Assembly (NCBI RefSeq): GCF_001194135.2 | Contig: NC_068985.1 | Coordinates: 63,547,867-63,611,866, forward strand | Origin: Octopus bimaculoides | Taxonomy: Eukaryota | Direction: 5' to 3' | Length of the DNA: 64,000 bases | Shown here: positions 62,495 to 64,000 of the stretch, one piece after another | Layout: each line of letters starts with the position of its first letter | How positions within the stretch are numbered: position 1 is the stretch's first letter | Translations under genes and position numbers: made by a program | The notes under the pieces: model-generated | What the model saw: only the letters and a program-made list of their open reading frames with translations | Database searches by the model: none | Told to the model about the DNA's origin: nothing

Positions 62495-62814
62495 CTATAT
62501 ACAACAGTTAACAAAGGAGAATTGATGAACTGCTGCACACAACAACAACATTTATAAGGGTTCAATTTACAATGAAAGATAAAAGTAAAAGCTGCTGTCA
62601 TTTGAGAGGTCATTCCATTGGAATAAACTAGTAATATACTAAGAATAGGCTAGTAACAAACTCACAGAATTCAGGGGAAAATTTCAACTGACAAATAATC
62701 TACAGAACATTTTGAAGTGTAAACAATTTATTCCTCAACTAACTCTTATCAGTGACACTATACATTAAGTGGTGCCAGCCAAGTTGACTATTAACTCATG
62801 TTGACATATTAGCT

Positions 62815-62855
<41 letters not shown>

Positions 62856-64000
62856 ACACACACACACACGTATATACACATCCAATCTTTATCACTTATC
62901 ATTTCTTATATTTGTGTTAGTTAACTGAGTGCAGCCATACTGGGGCACAGATTTGAAGGGGTTCAGTCAAAGACTCAATCCCAGTACTTATCTTCTGCTT
63001 TAAACATAATACTTATTCTATCAATCTTCTTTGCTGAGCTGCTATCTCACAGAGATGTAAACAAACCAACACTGGTTGCCAAGTGGTGGTGGGAGAACAC
63101 ACAAAGACACACTCATAGATACACACACAAACATACACACACACATGCATAAATACTGTGGGCATTTTTCCGACTATCAAATCCACTCACAAGGCTTTGG
63201 TCAGGCTAGGACTATGGTAGAAGACACGCAATGTGCCATGCAGTGGGACTCAATGTGGGAGTGTATGGTTGGGAAGCAAACATCTTACAACAGCCACACC
63301 TGCACCTTTTCATCTGTATGTATTTATATATTTGTGTGTATGTACATTTAGATATTACATATAAACAGCTATTTTAATATTTATTACTTTGTATTTTTCT
63401 TATAGATCTTTTAAGTGTATTTTCTAGAGTGTATTTTTCTATATGTGACTGGATTTTCATGGATGAGTTCAAGCATTGTGGTTCTTTTCTCTAAATTATA
63501 TATATATATATATACATATATATGTATATGTATATATCTCCCCCATCTTTCTCTAATTCCCTTTTTCTCCCCTTCACCATTTTCTATCTGTCTCTCTCTA
63601 TCTCTCTCTCTCTCTCTCTCTCAATCTCTTTTTCTCTCTCTAGTTGCTCACATAAGACCATCGTCCATCTTTCTTTCCCTGCATGATATTCTAATGACTG
63701 TACGTCTTCTATCTCTCTCTTCTATCTTTCCAAAGAAAATATTCCCCCAGCATTCCCTATTTTCCTCTCATTCTGGTCTAATGACCTTCCCTGTTTGTTT
63801 TTGTTCAGTTTCCTTGTATATCTCCATTGTCCTGTTTTTGTTCCCAACTTTGACTCTCCATAAATCCAAAATGTCATTTTGAAATTTATGGCAGCAACTG
63901 TCTTCGAAGACTCATATTGTTGTTGAATACTTGAAATGAGGAGTAGACAGACAGCCAACAACTGCTGAACAACCGTTCTTTGTGTTACGTATCCTGATTT

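Noticed and set aside
63722-63961. ORF at the window end as the next upstream SBF exon
   Set aside because: No clear splice boundaries or SBF motifs; the upstream exons are presumably beyond the window.

Overview
Eukaryotic, AT-rich, microsatellite- and transposon-dense genomic DNA with seven assembly gaps. The repeat families (RTE-like LINEs with (GAT)n tails, tRNA-headed SINEs, Penelope-like elements) suggest an Octopus draft assembly; this is an inference from recognition, not a database match. One protein-coding gene is present: the 3' part of an SBF1/SBF2 (MTMR5/MTMR13) myotubularin pseudophosphatase on the minus strand. I traced 12 GT-AG exons (62494 down to the TAA at 8447, 2228 nt, phases all consistent) encoding a Ser/Thr linker, the dead phosphatase domain (CLEDGWDVT), a C1 zinc finger and a C-terminal PH domain. 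The gene's 5' part lies beyond the window. Introns hold a gag-only LTR element with both LTRs, PBS and PPT, a solo LTR nested in a mariner, Tc1/mariner/hAT elements with TSDs, several Penelope fragments, RTE LINEs, SINEs and many foldback MITE-like elements. The most unusual items are a foldback element with 15-bp subterminal arrays carrying a CCHC plus restriction-like-endonuclease fragment, a candidate 45-nt poly-Arg cassette exon, splice-site-bounded segments downstream of the stop codon, and tandemly amplified hairpin modules in RTE 3' tails. I found no evidence for a wholly new multi-gene system.
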